A stretch of 60,411 nucleotides of DNA, filler included, from Basidiobolus ranarum (taxonomy: Eukaryota), in NCBI GenBank assembly GCA_040143965.1. It is 5 parts of 5 records of this genome, joined end to end, with 100 filler letters (N's around TTAATTAATTAA, not from the genome) between each part and the next. Parts side by side here need not be neighbours in the genome. Positions count along the whole stretch, not along the records: positions 1 to 12,034 come from JASJQH010007447.1; positions 12,135 to 24,156 come from JASJQH010007448.1; 3 more parts are not named here. One strand, written 5' to 3'. Both the position numbers and the translations under genes were made by a program. Below the pieces are notes generated by a model. That model worked only from the letters and a program-made list of their open reading frames with translations, searched no databases and was not told where the DNA came from. This document shows positions 1 through 13,287 of the stretch, in pieces (the stretch's first letter is position 1; every line of letters begins with the position of its first letter).

Positions 1-1186
1 TTCACTGCCTCTCCACCAACATTCCTCATTCCCGGGGCGCCACCCCCCAACCCACGCCCCGGCCCCGCGCTTTGAACAGCTGCCGTTTTCCTGTGCCGGG
101 CCTTCCACGTATGACAAGCCAGTGAATATTCACACGACAGCTTTAGATACATGCGTATTGGATTAGTCTTATTCTATTTTGAACTCAATCGAATTTCTTG
201 ATATTTCCCACTCGGAGGTTACTCGAAGAATATGCAATTTAATAGGCATTCAAAATACCTCTACTCCCAGAAGAGTTTACTTGCCTAACCTTGCCGTGTC
301 ATATCCCGGCTCAATGATTCTTCTGCTACTTGGGTCGGCAAGTCAAAGTACTGTCGCACAACAAGACAGTTCCTCCGTGGGTATGAACTGTCTATTAAGT
401 GCAAGATCGATTCTGACGGACCTGATCACCCGGACTCATATTTCAATCCGGCAAGTATCCCTGGACTAACCGGGGATCTAACCCATTGCTAGCATCAATC
501 TAACAGCCCACCGGATCTACTAGAATTATCCCGACTTGAGCGGGATTGTTGGGTTAGACGTATGGGTTAGACATATGAATAAGATGCTGCTTGGCTCCAG
601 TCAGAGTTTGCGATATAAAAATAGATGTACAGTGGATGAGTTCACTACTACGCAAGCGTATGTTGCCATATGGCTAGTGTTCCGTCCAAATAAAGGCCCC
701 CGAAAGGTGGTAACGTTAACCATAACATGTCAGGTGTCAATATCTCATATGATAACATTTGGTGCAGCGACAATAATATTAGAAGTGGCCTATCCAACTA
801 ATGTTTCAGAGATGAACCGTGGGAATGTCGGAGGCTCAGGCTTTCCCCATACTTGTTTAACTTGATTGGTCTTACCTCATTCGAAGGTTTCACTCTTTTA
901 GTAATTGGAATGTAACTAAATCATCGTCAATTGTTCATGGTATTCATCCATCACATGAATCCACGGTAACTCCCATTCATACCCCTCGGTATGCTTTCAG
1001 AGGGGTAGCTCTATAGTTGGAATGGACTCAGCGATGGCAACACTAAGCATACTGTTGATATTACCAATAAACTCTTACCATTGTGCACCCCTCCAAGATT
1101 ACATAAATATAGATCTTTTGAGGAACCTATTTCTAGGCCAGATATTTTTGAACCATCTCAACGTTGACTGTGCTTATTTCTCAAGA

Positions 1187-3148
1187 ATGCGCACTACCCA
1201 GCTATTATCACGCTATGCCGCTCCTATACTGAGCCAAGCACGACTCAATGTTTTGTCTGCTAAGGCACCCATTACCCGTCTGAGTGCCGTCTCCCTCTTT
1301 AGGAGCTATGCTACTGGCAACACCAAGGAGCAGGTACTTGCATATAACAACTGTTTCCTTTACCTCCATTTCCTCACTAATTTTTGAATTTGATTCTACC
1401 CTTTTCATTCATCAGGCGATTCTTTCAAGAATTGAAGAGAAAAGAAAAGCTGCTACCCTTGGTGGTGGTCAGAAGCGTATTGACGCTCAACACAACAAAG
1501 TAAGCTTTATGCAACGTAACTTGGCCTTCATTTTAGTTGTTAATCTTTCGTTCCTAGGGAAAACTAACCGCAAGAGAGAGAGTTGAGCTTTTGCTCGACC
1601 CTGGAAGTTTCAGAGAATATGACGCTTTCGTTGAACACCAATGCTATGACTTTGGTATGCAGAACAGTAAAATTACTGGTGACGGTGTAGTCACTGGTCA
1701 CGGTAAAATCAATGGCCGTTTAGTTTATGTATTCAGTCAAGATTTCACCGCATTCGGTGGCAGCTTGTCCAAGATGCACGCCACTAAAATTTGCAAGGTA
1801 ATAGAGAAACAGAATTGCAGCAAACAATTTATTGTAGTCAGTGAATTCCTTGGGAGCAACACATTAATCCTCATATAATATTAGATCATGGACAAAGCTA
1901 TGTTGGTTGGTGCCCCTGTGATCGGACTCAATGATTCTGGAGGTGCTCGTATTCAAGAAGGAGTGGATTCTTTGGCAGGCTATGCTGATATTTTCCAAAA
2001 AAATGTCGAAGCTTCAGGTGTCATTCCTCAAATCTCTATGATCATGGGCCCATGCGCAGGCGGTGCAGTATATTCACCTGCTCTCACTGATTTCACTTTC
2101 ATGGTTCGCGATAGTTCGTACTTATTTGTCACCGGTCCAGAGGTTGTCAAAGCCGTTACAAATGAAACCGTAACCCAAGACGAATTAGGAGGAGCCAAAA
2201 CACACACAGTTAAATCCGGTGTTGCTCACAACGCATTTGAAAATGACATGGAGGCTCTAGCTAAATTGAGGGAATTCGTAGACTTCATCCCTCTATCAAA
2301 TCGCGAGAGTAGCCCCAAACGTTATACAGCAGATTCCAATGAGCGCGAAGATCCTGTCCTTGACACCATCGTTCCCGCTGACTCTACACAAGCCTACGAT
2401 ATGAAGGATGTCATCTCTAGAGTAGTTGATGATGGTCATTTCTTTGAAGTCATGCCTGACTATGCCAAGAATATTGTCATTGGTTTTGGTCGTATGGGAG
2501 GCCGTACTGTCTCAATTGTTGGCAACAATCCTTTGGTTTCATCAGGTGTTCTTGATATCAACTCTTCCGTTAAGGCAGCCAGATTTGTTCGTTTCTGTGA
2601 TGCGTTCAACATTCCCATCGTTACTTTCGTTGATGTTCCCGGCTTCCTTCCTGGTACCGCTCAAGAATACAATGGTATCATCAGACATGGTGCCAAATTA
2701 CTGTACGCCTATGCTGAGGCTACTGTCCCAAAGATCACCGTAATTACTCGTAAAGCATATGGTGGTGCGTATGATGTCATGAGCTCCAAGCATCTTCGTG
2801 GAGATCTTAACTACGCCTGGCCAACCGCTGAGATCGCTGTTATGGGAGCAAAGGGAGCAGTAGAGATTATCTTTAGACATGAATCTAATAGAGGTATGTT
2901 CAAGCCCGCTTGTTCGTCCCTTTTGTTATCAAATAACCTAAATCACATTCTCTCTACAATCAATAGCTGATGCTGAAGCTGAATATGTCAAGAAATTCGC
3001 CAACCCACTTCCAGCCGCTTCACGTGGCTACTTGGATGATATCATCATTCCATCCACTACACGTAAAAGAATCATAGAGGATCTTGAGATGCTCAAAGGG
3101 AAACAACTCAAGAACCCAGCCAAGAAACATGGAAACATTCCATTATAA
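1187..3148 (+). CDS. PCCB: Propionyl-CoA carboxylase beta chain, mitochondrial (5 exons)
   Basis: Exons ~1187-1333, 1416-1499, 1558-1797, 1885-2893 and 2967-3148 with GT-AG introns. Arg/Ser-rich presequence. Motifs [63 protein letters not shown] and C-terminal KKHGNIPL*. Confidence 0.95.
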
Positions 3149-4979
3149 AGGCATTATGATATTCGCATCACCTTCAATGTAAACCATTCTGAACATTCAA
3201 TCGACCACTCGTAATAGTTAGCAAAGGAATTCCTTGGAAACATTTACATTCATACCTACCTGGTCCACTATTTTTACTCAAGTTGAATGTTCTCTTTGTT
3301 TCCTTCATAGCACACGCAAAAGCACACCCTCATAAATCCGATTCGTTGTCTCATAACTACCCCTGGTACATCAATGACTTTAGAAATAAAGTACGAACTG
3401 AACTTGTGTTACTTGCACTTGATTTAAATTCACTTTTAACCAACAAATATTGACTATCTATGGGGAGAGATAGAAGGCCCCTTGATCTGATGATATTACT
3501 ACAAATATCCAATGAGCGCTTATTTCAAATAGGATACAAGATCAAGCAATAAATAACGTAATATTACCATCGATTTGATTGGTCAATGGATTGTGCATTC
3601 TATAAGATTCTAGAAAATTCTAAAGAATGGGGATGTTTTGTTTGTTTGTGGAATGGATCCAAGGGATCTTCCAGGTACTTTATTGAGCTCGTTAGCTACT
3701 CCCACGCAATCTTCATTTGATCCTATTGTGAAGATTCTGAGGCTCAATGGAAGTGGAGGGTTTAGGGTTGTTGCAAGTGTATGTTTTGGGATACAAACTC
3801 TCCAAAGACTTCAATTTGAGAGCGCCTCTAGTAGGAATTTTGAATATAGTTGATCAAATCAAAGACGGGGTTTTTGGTTGAAACTTCAAAGTTTATATAG
3901 TACATGAAATATAAGGGAGGGTTGGAGGTGAGGATTTCTCGTATACGAGAACAGTTAACTAAGTGGAGTAAATTGACATAGCGAGTGGTTCGAGTACATT
4001 GAAATGAAATAACTCTAGCATTTAGGTTTGCCATTTGGGTACTTTAGTTGATAATCTTTTTCTCTCTTGAAAAGAAGTATGTGTGGCTCAGGAGCTAGAG
4101 TGAGTTCTTGTCAATATGGTAAAAACAATCAAGGATAAAAGTGTAAATCGAGCGTACCATGAACCATATAGTGTTCCCAACCAGGGGATTGAGTCACTCC
4201 TAAACCTCTCCATTCTTCTTCACTCATCAAACGCTCTTTGGGGACATATTTTACAAGTGGTTTGGGAAGCGTAACATGTCTGAATTCATACTCGTCATCT
4301 GCAATAATAAGTTAGCTCACTGAGGGCAGACAAATAGACATGGTCGAATAATAAAGAAGGTTACCACTATATCTATCGGAATAGTAGATTTGGTCCTGGT
4401 ATTTAGCAATATCCATGTGTTTTTGTTCCTCTTTACCACGAGAAAGAGACTTTTTGGTGGCGTCCAACATAATTGACTAACAGAATAGTGAAATAAATGT
4501 ATAGAAAATGAAAATCGAGGAGTTCTATCAAGTAAACAAAGAGCAAGGTCTCTTGAAGAAAATTTTATCCTCCAAAAAAAGCGTATCGACACTTATAAGA
4601 AATGAAGGTCGATTCTCGCTAGGAAAAAAAATTACACTTCGTCAAAACAAACCATTGAAAACGTAAACAAACTTCAATAGATCACCATTGGCTGTTGGTT
4701 GCAGCTGGTGTTCCATATTAGGAGGATCCAAGATCAGCGCATGTCCAATCATGTCCAAGTACATTTACACAGATTCTTTTCCTCTGCGTCATCTACTTAA
4801 AATGATATCACATTTGTATACTGATCTTGAACATTTAAGTGCAAAGTTTGACTGAGCCAATTCGACAATGACAATTGAGCCGCATTTGCTTGTCAACAGA
4901 TCAATCTGGTTTACTACTTGGAGCACATATCAAAATACAATTAATAGCATGGGAACTTGAAGGGTGGAGGGGAAGGGGC

Positions 4980-5946
4980 TCAAGCCTTGTCAAGAAGCTT
5001 GGTAAATTCCGTGATAAACTTCATGAGTTCTTCCTGCGCCTGGGGCTGGGATATGGCATGGTCGGCATCGGGAATTATCGTTGTCATACTTAACTTCGGG
5101 CAAACAGCTTGTATCTTTTTTAGTAAGGCGGCTTTGTCGATTTTGTCATTCATGTATTCGTCTTTTCCGGAGAGTACAATTGAGATAGGAACTGGAACGG
5201 CTGCAAAGACCCGTTTCAAATCCGTTTCACTCAGGTCACTTGAGAACATATCATCATCACCACTAGTAATAGAGTCATTAAATACGATGCAGAATGCCCT
5301 TAAAATTTAAAACTACCATACCCATAAGAGGCGAGTGAGTGAAAGCGGTAGGCTGAAGTGGGAGTATCAGGGTCAATCTCCCGAGGCATGAGCTCATCTC
5401 CTTTGCCGTCCCGGACCAATTCTGATGCGAGTGCCAAATGTTTCTGGAAATCGGATATAGAACCACTCATGTATTCCCGGTCCGATACAGCACCCTGTAG
5501 AATACAGCCAATAACTTTATTCTTTAGCTTTCCTCGGGTTACGTACCAAATTGCATCTTGGCAACCTAATTCACACAAAATAAATAAGCCAAACAAACTG
5601 GAAAAGAAAGTATAGGCTAGTTACCTGTTGAATGACCCAGCAGAACAATTCTCTTCTTGCCTTTTTTGTTTACAAGGTAATCGATCAGCTCGTCAATCTC
5701 CGCAGCATCCTTGCTCAATGAGCTAACACCATACCCATGGTATGAGCTTGACAACAGTGTCTGCACCAAAGAATATCCCAAGTTATTTACAGTGACATTC
5801 AATTGAGGTAAATAAGGCACCGCTTGAAAGCCATCTGTCAAACCACCTATGAAAACAACACAATCAAGCGAGCTTGGATCGCCACTTTCGAAGCCTACTA
5901 AGCGAGTGCTTCCACTATACTGGAAAAGTACACCTGGAAACTCCAT
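4980..5946 (-). CDS. DUF1749/UPF0613 alpha/beta hydrolase (SidJ-like), 3 exons
   Basis: Exons 5946-5625, 5565-5322 and 5262-4980. Spliced motifs FIGGLTDG, GHSTG|CQD (nucleophile elbow), VSDRE, GGDDDMFSSDL, SGKDEY and DADH. Confidence 0.88.
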
Positions 5947-7577
5947 ATGAACGATAGTGCACAACAGGTTGAAGGGAGCACACAGCGGTCTCCTCTGATA
6001 TTTAAATTTACGTTAGAAATCAGCTCACTTCAAATTATCTGATTTTAATTTACCAAGCCACTCACACCAACTTCTTAGCAAGCCAATCTTACCATTGATC
6101 TAAACAAGGTAATGATTTAACACGAGTAATTTACACATGTCAAGAAACAAGTAGCAAGCCAAATGTGTGAAGATTTTGGATGACCACCAAACTGGGATGA
6201 ACCCAAGCCATGAGACATGCTGATCTATAGAGTATATGGAGGGAGATGAGATGATGGTGATGCGATGTTCCTCAAGCTATAAATACCCCCTGAGCACTCA
6301 AGGGGAATCAGATAGTCTAAACAACATACAACTAGGAGTTCTTTGTTGGTGATGGAACTGTGTACAGTGGGAGGGGGTGGAGTGATGGGTCTTTCGCAGG
6401 GGCTCTAATCAATGAAATGCGTACTTATTCATGGTGATTTTTAGGCTATTTGTAAGACACCATCGGCAGAATCATCTAACCTTCCTGCAGTTGCACTGGC
6501 TGTCCTACCCTTCCGCATCGTAGTTGTGAGCACACGAGCAATGAATGAAGGCGGATACGCGTTTCAATGATGCATCTGAAAATGAACTGTTGCATTTAAG
6601 CAAGTCCGTCTGTTTAGTAGCAGAGTTGTACAAATTTTGGTTGAGTGACTTGGGAACAGCAGGAGCTGAATCTCCTTCTGTATATTGATTTCCTATGATT
6701 AAGGCACAGCAATGTGGTAGACATTGGAATGGGACGCGGATTGCGTCGTCTTTTTGATTGGGTTACCAGCTGAATGCCAAGAAAGCCTTGCTTGGCGGTA
6801 TATTCCAAGATTGGTAATCAATATATGTCTTGATTTTCCCAACCACACACTATATATGTAGTAGAGGCTATTAATGTGGATGGCCAATCAGACCACAACA
6901 GCAAGCAGGTTACTCTGGATGTTAGCTAGCAGATTCGATGGTTGGGATTCATATTGTACCACCGTAAACAGGCCTTGAGTGGAGAGGCCTTATTGTAGTG
7001 GTAACTGACAAAGAAGCTGCCCAGCTTATACAACCAAGTGGCTGCTTTTTGCTAGGGAGTGTCATATCTAAGCGAAATCTTCATATCACCTGCAGCGAGC
7101 TAGTTTTTAAAAAGTCTTGGCAGATCTTGGCATTGTTGCTCACCCTCAGCAATTTTGACTAGATCGGGGATTTCATACTAACTGATTTGGATTAGTCCTG
7201 TTGATTCATCTAGATTTATCCTGGGTGATCCACACTTTTTCCAGGCTGCCGATGACAGTGGAGGCGGCATTTCAAACCCTTTTCGTCTTCCCTTTAAATT
7301 GACTAGCTTAGCAATCTTTTAGAGAGTTTTCTTTTGAAGAAAAAAAACTCGATTTCTTTATCATTAAAAAGATTACTCAGCGTATACTCCCTTACCCATA
7401 ACGTACTTAATTTTCAACACTGTATCGTAGTAAAAGCCATTTCTTTAGTTAGATAAGGCAAATCCAAGAATCTTGATATTTTAACTTATCAACCTATCGC
7501 CACATTGTCACTCATTACGTGCATGTATCTTACTGAATTGCCAATTTACAGCTCCATTATTGTAAGCTACTTTACAA

Positions 7578-8355
7578 ATGACCACGAAGCTATTAACGAA
7601 GAACGTAGGCCATTTGAATGACAAGAAGGCCGAGTTTTTAGATTTAGCAATTGGTAAGTTTCTCGATAGAAGGGTCACTTTTCGAAACCGGATTGTATAA
7701 ACATCAACCCTTCCAAAGTTCTAATCCTTTGTCCATCATTTTTTGGGCGCACGCTTTAGACTTTGCGGTATTGACTTTGCATTCGATGTGTTCTGAACCA
7801 ACCAACAACGTACACCTAAAGAATTTTATTCGTCAAATGGTAGCCTATTCTGGGACCACCTATTCAACCCTTCTCACCTCTATACTGTACTTGTTTCGAC
7901 TGAATAGTATGAAAGCAGAGTGTGGACTGGATTATTTAAACCACTTTCGACAGAGGGACTCCACTTCGAGCGTCACATGTAGTGCGAGGTTATTTCTGAC
8001 ATCATTGATTGTTGCTCACAAGTATCTACATGATCGTATAACTTCTGTCAAAGCTTGGTCTAAACTTTCGAACATTCCCAGACTACAACTAAATATGGAT
8101 GAAATGGAATTCTTAAAAATCATCAAGTTTCGCCTATTTGTTACGACCATCACCTTTGAGAAGTGGTCGACACTCTTACGAAATACGGTGATAGGAAAGG
8201 AAGTATCGGCTCCAATACCACTGGAACCGGTTCTTCTTAATAATCCCCATAAAATTAACTACCTTAAATTAACCAAATCTAAAGCCAAAGTGATGTATCA
8301 CCCTTACATAAGAGTTCAGCCACAAGAGTATAATCAGAAGGTCCCTTCGTTATAA
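7578..8355 (+). CDS. Pcl/Clg1/Pho80-type cyclin
   Basis: Exon 1 is 7578-7653 with a GTAAGT donor; exon 2 starts at 7760 in compatible phase. Cyclin-box motifs TLLTSILYLFRL, RLFLTSLIVAHKYLHD, KAWSKLS and EMEFLKIIKFRLFV. Confidence 0.8.
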
Positions 8356-9304
8356 AGCAAAGGAAGTTTATTTCATATGCGAAAGATCCCCTTTCAATTT
8401 TACTTTGTGTATCCCCTATCGCCCCTCTTCAACTGGTAAAGCCACTTACAAAACCCACCATAACTCTCACTGACTGTATATAATCGAAGCCTAAGCAGTG
8501 TGCTAATATGATAAAAGAAAGGTGATTACGGTGGACACTTCCTCACCCATTTTGCTTGAGCGAGTGTATGGAATATCTAGCATCAGTGATGGCCATTGAT
8601 AAGTGGCGAATTCTGGTTTTGCCCGTAGAGGTTATTTCGGACTTCAGTTCTTGCAATAATTTACTGGTGCTTTGTGGCGAATTCAAGGCCGTTTACTGTA
8701 CAGACGATGGAATTAATATTGCCATACTACTTGTGAAATCTCATTGGATTTATCCTCATGGATTTGCTATGTTTCATTTGATTTATGCCAATCATGCATA
8801 CTTATTCAATAGAGTAATAAACTGAGTCAATAAGCTGCCTAATATGTGGATTGTTTCATCTAGTGTCAGTATTCATATGGGAGTTCAATATGAATATGTA
8901 GTAAATTTACCTATTGGAATAGTTGCTATTTAAAGAGAAAAAGTTTTGGATATTTCGATAGCCGTGAGCAGACAAGAGATTGAAAAGAGTTTCTACTATT
9001 CTTTTAATGTATCAACATCAAGTCAGTTTAAATCAAGCTTGGCATTCTCATCAATATTTCGTTATTGATAAGTTTACCTAATCCCAAAACTAATAGTGGC
9101 GGTAATGATTGTTAGGTGGGAGTTAATTCCAATTTGAACTGTACTTTATGTCCTGTCCTGTCCTGTATATATTGAGGTTTTCATTACTTTCACTTACTAG
9201 TTCTAACTATTTACGCTACCAAGTTACTTGAGAAAAGCATAGAAAAAGACAGCCAAAGTTTACAACTATTTCACATATTAACCATACTCAAAAGACCTCC
9301 GACT

Positions 9305-9469
9305 TTACAGATATTTCACCACGGTTTCCCATAGAATAGGGGTGGCAATTAGCGACCACTGTTTAGTCACCAAAGTACAAGAGTGTAAAGTATTTAAATC
9401 TGAGGTCCCTTGCAAGATGCGAAATATCTGTTCAAGTAGTTCAGGAGGAGGATAAAAGGTGGAAGTCAT
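9305..9469 (-). pseudogene. F-box domain remnant
   Basis: MTSTFYPPPELLEQIFRIL...DLNTLHSCTLVTKQWSLIATPILW is a typical F-box-like motif. It is followed immediately by a stop and degenerate AT-rich sequence. Confidence 0.6.
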
Positions 9470-11538
9470 TGGAGTAAATTTAAAGTCACGAGAACTTTTT
9501 ATAAAGCAGATTACAGCTTTGAATAGTTGCCTACCACTGTGACAGTCACAACGGTCGGAAAGAAGAAGTATCAAAGGGTGTGTTATTCTATTTTGATTGC
9601 AAAACTAGATGGATTATTTAAATGGATGGGAATTCGATAAATAATCGGGGAATAAACTATCCTGTTTACTAATAAGTAACAGATTCGTTTGAAATGTAAC
9701 TGAGTGTTCGAGATTTGGATTAATTCACATCTTCAAAGCGACTGAATGTAGATTTCGATACACTTCTCTTTCTAAGCATCTTCATTAAACTACCACCATA
9801 TTTTACCTACAACAATTCGAAATATTTAGCTCATAGATTATGCTTGGCTCTCTTCATGTTTTATTACATATATGCTTGTTATTAACCCATCTTTATTTCA
9901 TCACTAGACAAAACTAAAAGAGTCTAAGCAGATAGTATAAAATGCAACTGGATCTATTGTAGCATTTGAGCTATAATGACAAGAAACATGAGAGCTGAAA
10001 CATCAGTAAATACATGCATTTAGCTCAAGTGTTGCACATATATATGTACTGTATGCATGCATTGAATAGAAAATACTTTCCAGAAACAACTGTAGAGTAT
10101 TCCAACAAAAACTACCACATTGACTATAATATTGATCAAGCCTGAAGATATCAGATAATGCGAAGGAGAGCCCCTACGCTTTTTCGATCACCGTACCCAA
10201 TGCCATAATCATGAGCTACCGGGGTATATAATAAGCAGAAGTGTTCAAGATTAGAGTTAATATTTATGGCTAGATCGGATATATGAGGAACCGTCCCCCA
10301 ATATTTCACATCTCCTATTCCATTTTCATAAATAGTTTCACTTTCATTTATATCAGCTTATTCTAGACTAAAATATGTGGTATATAGACAAGCCGCTATT
10401 AACCAAATGATCTTTAAGGGAAGCAATACAAGAGAGGCTACTTGATGAAAGGCACCCATTGGTAGCTCTCTCCTATCTTTATAGGTTGGGCTACTAACTT
10501 TTCAGTTTCTTTAATTTCATGAGCATATGGATGAAATCAAACAATATTACATTGCCACATGCTAGTAGATAAAAGTGATGGGATAGAACCAAATAACGAC
10601 TTTTATTGCAATGGGACTCCATTATATATTTCGTCAGCTAATTACTAACTAAATCGATTTTGAAGTAGCTTGAGAGAACTTGAAAATCCTCAAGTGGCAT
10701 ATCATCCTTGACTCATAATATTTGGACCCATACTTGGAATTACCTTAACTCCATATGTGTACTCTAGGTCGTAGTCTAATAGCACTTACATGGTAGCCAA
10801 AATATTAATACACTTCAAAGAAGTGGATCCTTGTCTATTTCTATCTATAGCCTTTTCCTCATGATATTGCTGATAGTGCAAAGTAACCACTACAAATCTA
10901 GTCCTAACGAATAAATACTTACTGTATTTCAATGGTTTGCACTTGATTTTGAATATTTACATCACTCAATGTACATCTTTAGCACCATTTTCAGTCAACT
11001 TTACTTTGAAATTCTTTAGTAGCTAAAGTACACTGGAATAACTGAATACTTGACTTGATTTTGGGCAAACACAATGAGGGGTGTTTGCTTAAAAAGACCG
11101 ATACAAACATCTCGCTACGTACACTAAGACTCAAGGTCTAGACTCACGAACCTAAACTTAGAGTTTAGCGAGTCGAGATTCTTCGATTCTTCTCATTTGA
11201 AAAGAAAAAAAAGGAATACAAATATATACATATATTCCCAATCTAATTTGAATGCATATCAGTAATGTGAGATTAGTGGAAACCTTAAACCAACTAGTTC
11301 TAACCATGCTCGCAATGAAGATTAGGGTTATTCATCAAGTACAGGTAATACATTTAAACTTGCTCATGTGAGGTGGAATTCATTTATTAATGAGAAACGC
11401 TCAAAATCTCGAATATGTATTAGGGGTAAATTAGAATGACAAAATTGATGACGTTGGATCGAATCATGTATTAGCTAGAGTATCCAATGATTAAAATGAA
11501 GACACATACACTAACAAATGCTCCAAACATAGATACAC

Positions 11539-12034
11539 TTAGTTAGTCCATTTCTTTATCCATCCCAAAACCTCTGAATGCCAGCGAAGAGAGTTGGCAT
11601 GCTTCAATACCCAATGATTTTCATCAGGGAAGTAGACAAGGCGGGATGGGATGTTCTGTCTTTGTAGAGCAGTGAAAGTAGAGAAGCCTTCACCATCAAC
11701 CAAGCGATAATCCTTACCACCGTGAATAACCAATGTAGGAGTCTTCCAGTTCTGAACGTAGTTAGAAGGTGACCATTTTTCATAAATCTTTTTGGCCTTA
11801 GGTTCCCAAGGCTTGCCTCCGAATTCCCATTCAGGGAACCAGAGCTCTTCAGTTGAATAGAATGTACCAACGCTAGAGAACATACCATCGTGATTGATGA
11901 GGCACTTGAAACGATCAGTATGACCATTGAACCAGTTCATCATGTAGCCTCCGTAACTAGCACCTAAGGCACAAATACGATCTTTGTCGGCGAACTTATA
12001 TTTGCCAAGGGCGAAATCGAGTCCCTTCATAAGA
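11539..12034 (-). CDS. Dipeptidyl-peptidase V-like S9 serine peptidase, C-terminal part (5' end lost at the contig end)
   Basis: GASYGG catalytic Ser, IHGGKDYR Asp and FPDENHW His. The ORF is open to the linker. Confidence 0.9.
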
Positions 12035-12134
12035 NNNNNNNNNNNNNNNNNNNNNNNNNNNNNNNNNNNNNNNNNNNNTTAATTAATTAANNNNNNNNNN
12101 NNNNNNNNNNNNNNNNNNNNNNNNNNNNNNNNNN
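12035..12134. other. Artificial contig linker (N44-TTAATTAATTAA-N44)
   Basis: Six-frame stop spacer, identical at all four gaps. Confidence 0.98.
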
Positions 12135-12374
12135 TATGGAAGTCATGTTCTTTGGAACATTCCATGAAACCTAACCAATCATGTCATCCCTCACATAGTG
12201 TATTTCCACCAAGACCTTCCATGGAAGGTCACCTGATCATCCTTAGATCATCCTTACATCATCCCTCTTTGTATTCTAGAACTATTACTTCAATGGAATA
12301 GCAATTCCTACTCATCTGAAGACGAGACCAAGGCCGCAATCGATGGCAAACCGATACGTAATCACCATCAATCT

Positions 12375-12776
12375 ATGCAGCATCCAGAAAGCGAGAGTGA
12401 ACTAACAAGCATGACCGACAATGAACCGGCCGAGTTCCTCTCACTTGAAAAGCTTAGAGATCTTAACGAGTTAGATACTGATTCGGATGGATTGACATCG
12501 TTCATCGCAAGTAAATTATCAGACTCTGAAGCGAGCGACCACCGAAGAAAGCGCAATATTAAGTTACTATCGGAGAATATCCCTGCACTCGCCACTCCTG
12601 CGAAATCTCTTAGTCTCCAAAAGCTTATCGGATTAAATGATTCCATTGAAGAGCCTACTTTCTCTACGGACGATGATCTACCACGGATTCGTAAACGCTC
12701 CAAAAGAAATAGGAGAAAGGCCAGTAAATCACAAAAACCAATTGGATCCGTTACGCAGGAGATTGCCATTATTTAA
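12375..12776 (+). CDS. Hypothetical acidic/basic disordered protein, possibly 5'-truncated
   Basis: 133-aa ORF with an NLS-like RIRKRSKRNRRK. The frame stays open upstream into the repeat-like start of the contig. No recognisable domain. Confidence 0.3.
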   Translation: MQHPESESELTSMTDNEPAEFLSLEKLRDLNELDTDSDGLTSFIASKLSDSEASDHRRKRNIKLLSENIPALATPAKSLSLQKLIGLNDSIEEPTFSTDDDLPRIRKRSKRNRRKASKSQKPIGSVTQEIAII

Positions 12777-13287
12777 CATGCCCATGTAAAGTATATATTA
12801 ATGAACCTTTGTAATTCTTATAGTATACCCTTTGAATTTTGAGATGGCCCTTTTTTCAAGTCGTTATTTGTCAAAAGCGTAGTTAAAATGAAAGGGAGCT
12901 TCTTGGTATATTTTGCATACATTGTATATCAAATAAATCAGACCTAGAATATCTATAGTAACGTTGACATTAGAGACTACCATTGATGTTGCTAGCATAG
13001 CGTAAACCTAGTTTGGTGGTTGGAGAAGCCCCAAAAATGCTCTGATATCTTCATTCAACATTTTTTATCTCCATTCAGTGATTTGATTCGCAATTTGTTC
13101 AGCATTAGAACTATTTTGAATGAAGGTCTATTTTGAAGTTTAATATAAATAAATTCATTTTATGGTAATACAATGTTGGAATGTGACAAAAATACTTGGG
13201 TACTCTTATGTGAGCTAGTACTGCATTTGTACTAAGCTTTTCAGAGGGGTTACTATATTTGCAAAGTATCAGCCATTACCACAACCA

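Noticed and set aside
179-865. Two ~100-aa ORFs upstream of PCCB
   Set aside because: They have non-ATG starts and no domain or splice support, and overlap repeat-like sequence.
6150-6390. TATAAATA-containing purine-rich stretch with an LTR-like look (similar impression at 3600-4100)
   Set aside because: No second copy, termini or TSD can be identified in the window.
12079-12090. TTAATTAATTAA repeated every ~12 kb as a possible periodic element or CRISPR-like repeat
   Set aside because: It is an assembly spacer flanked by Ns, not biological sequence.
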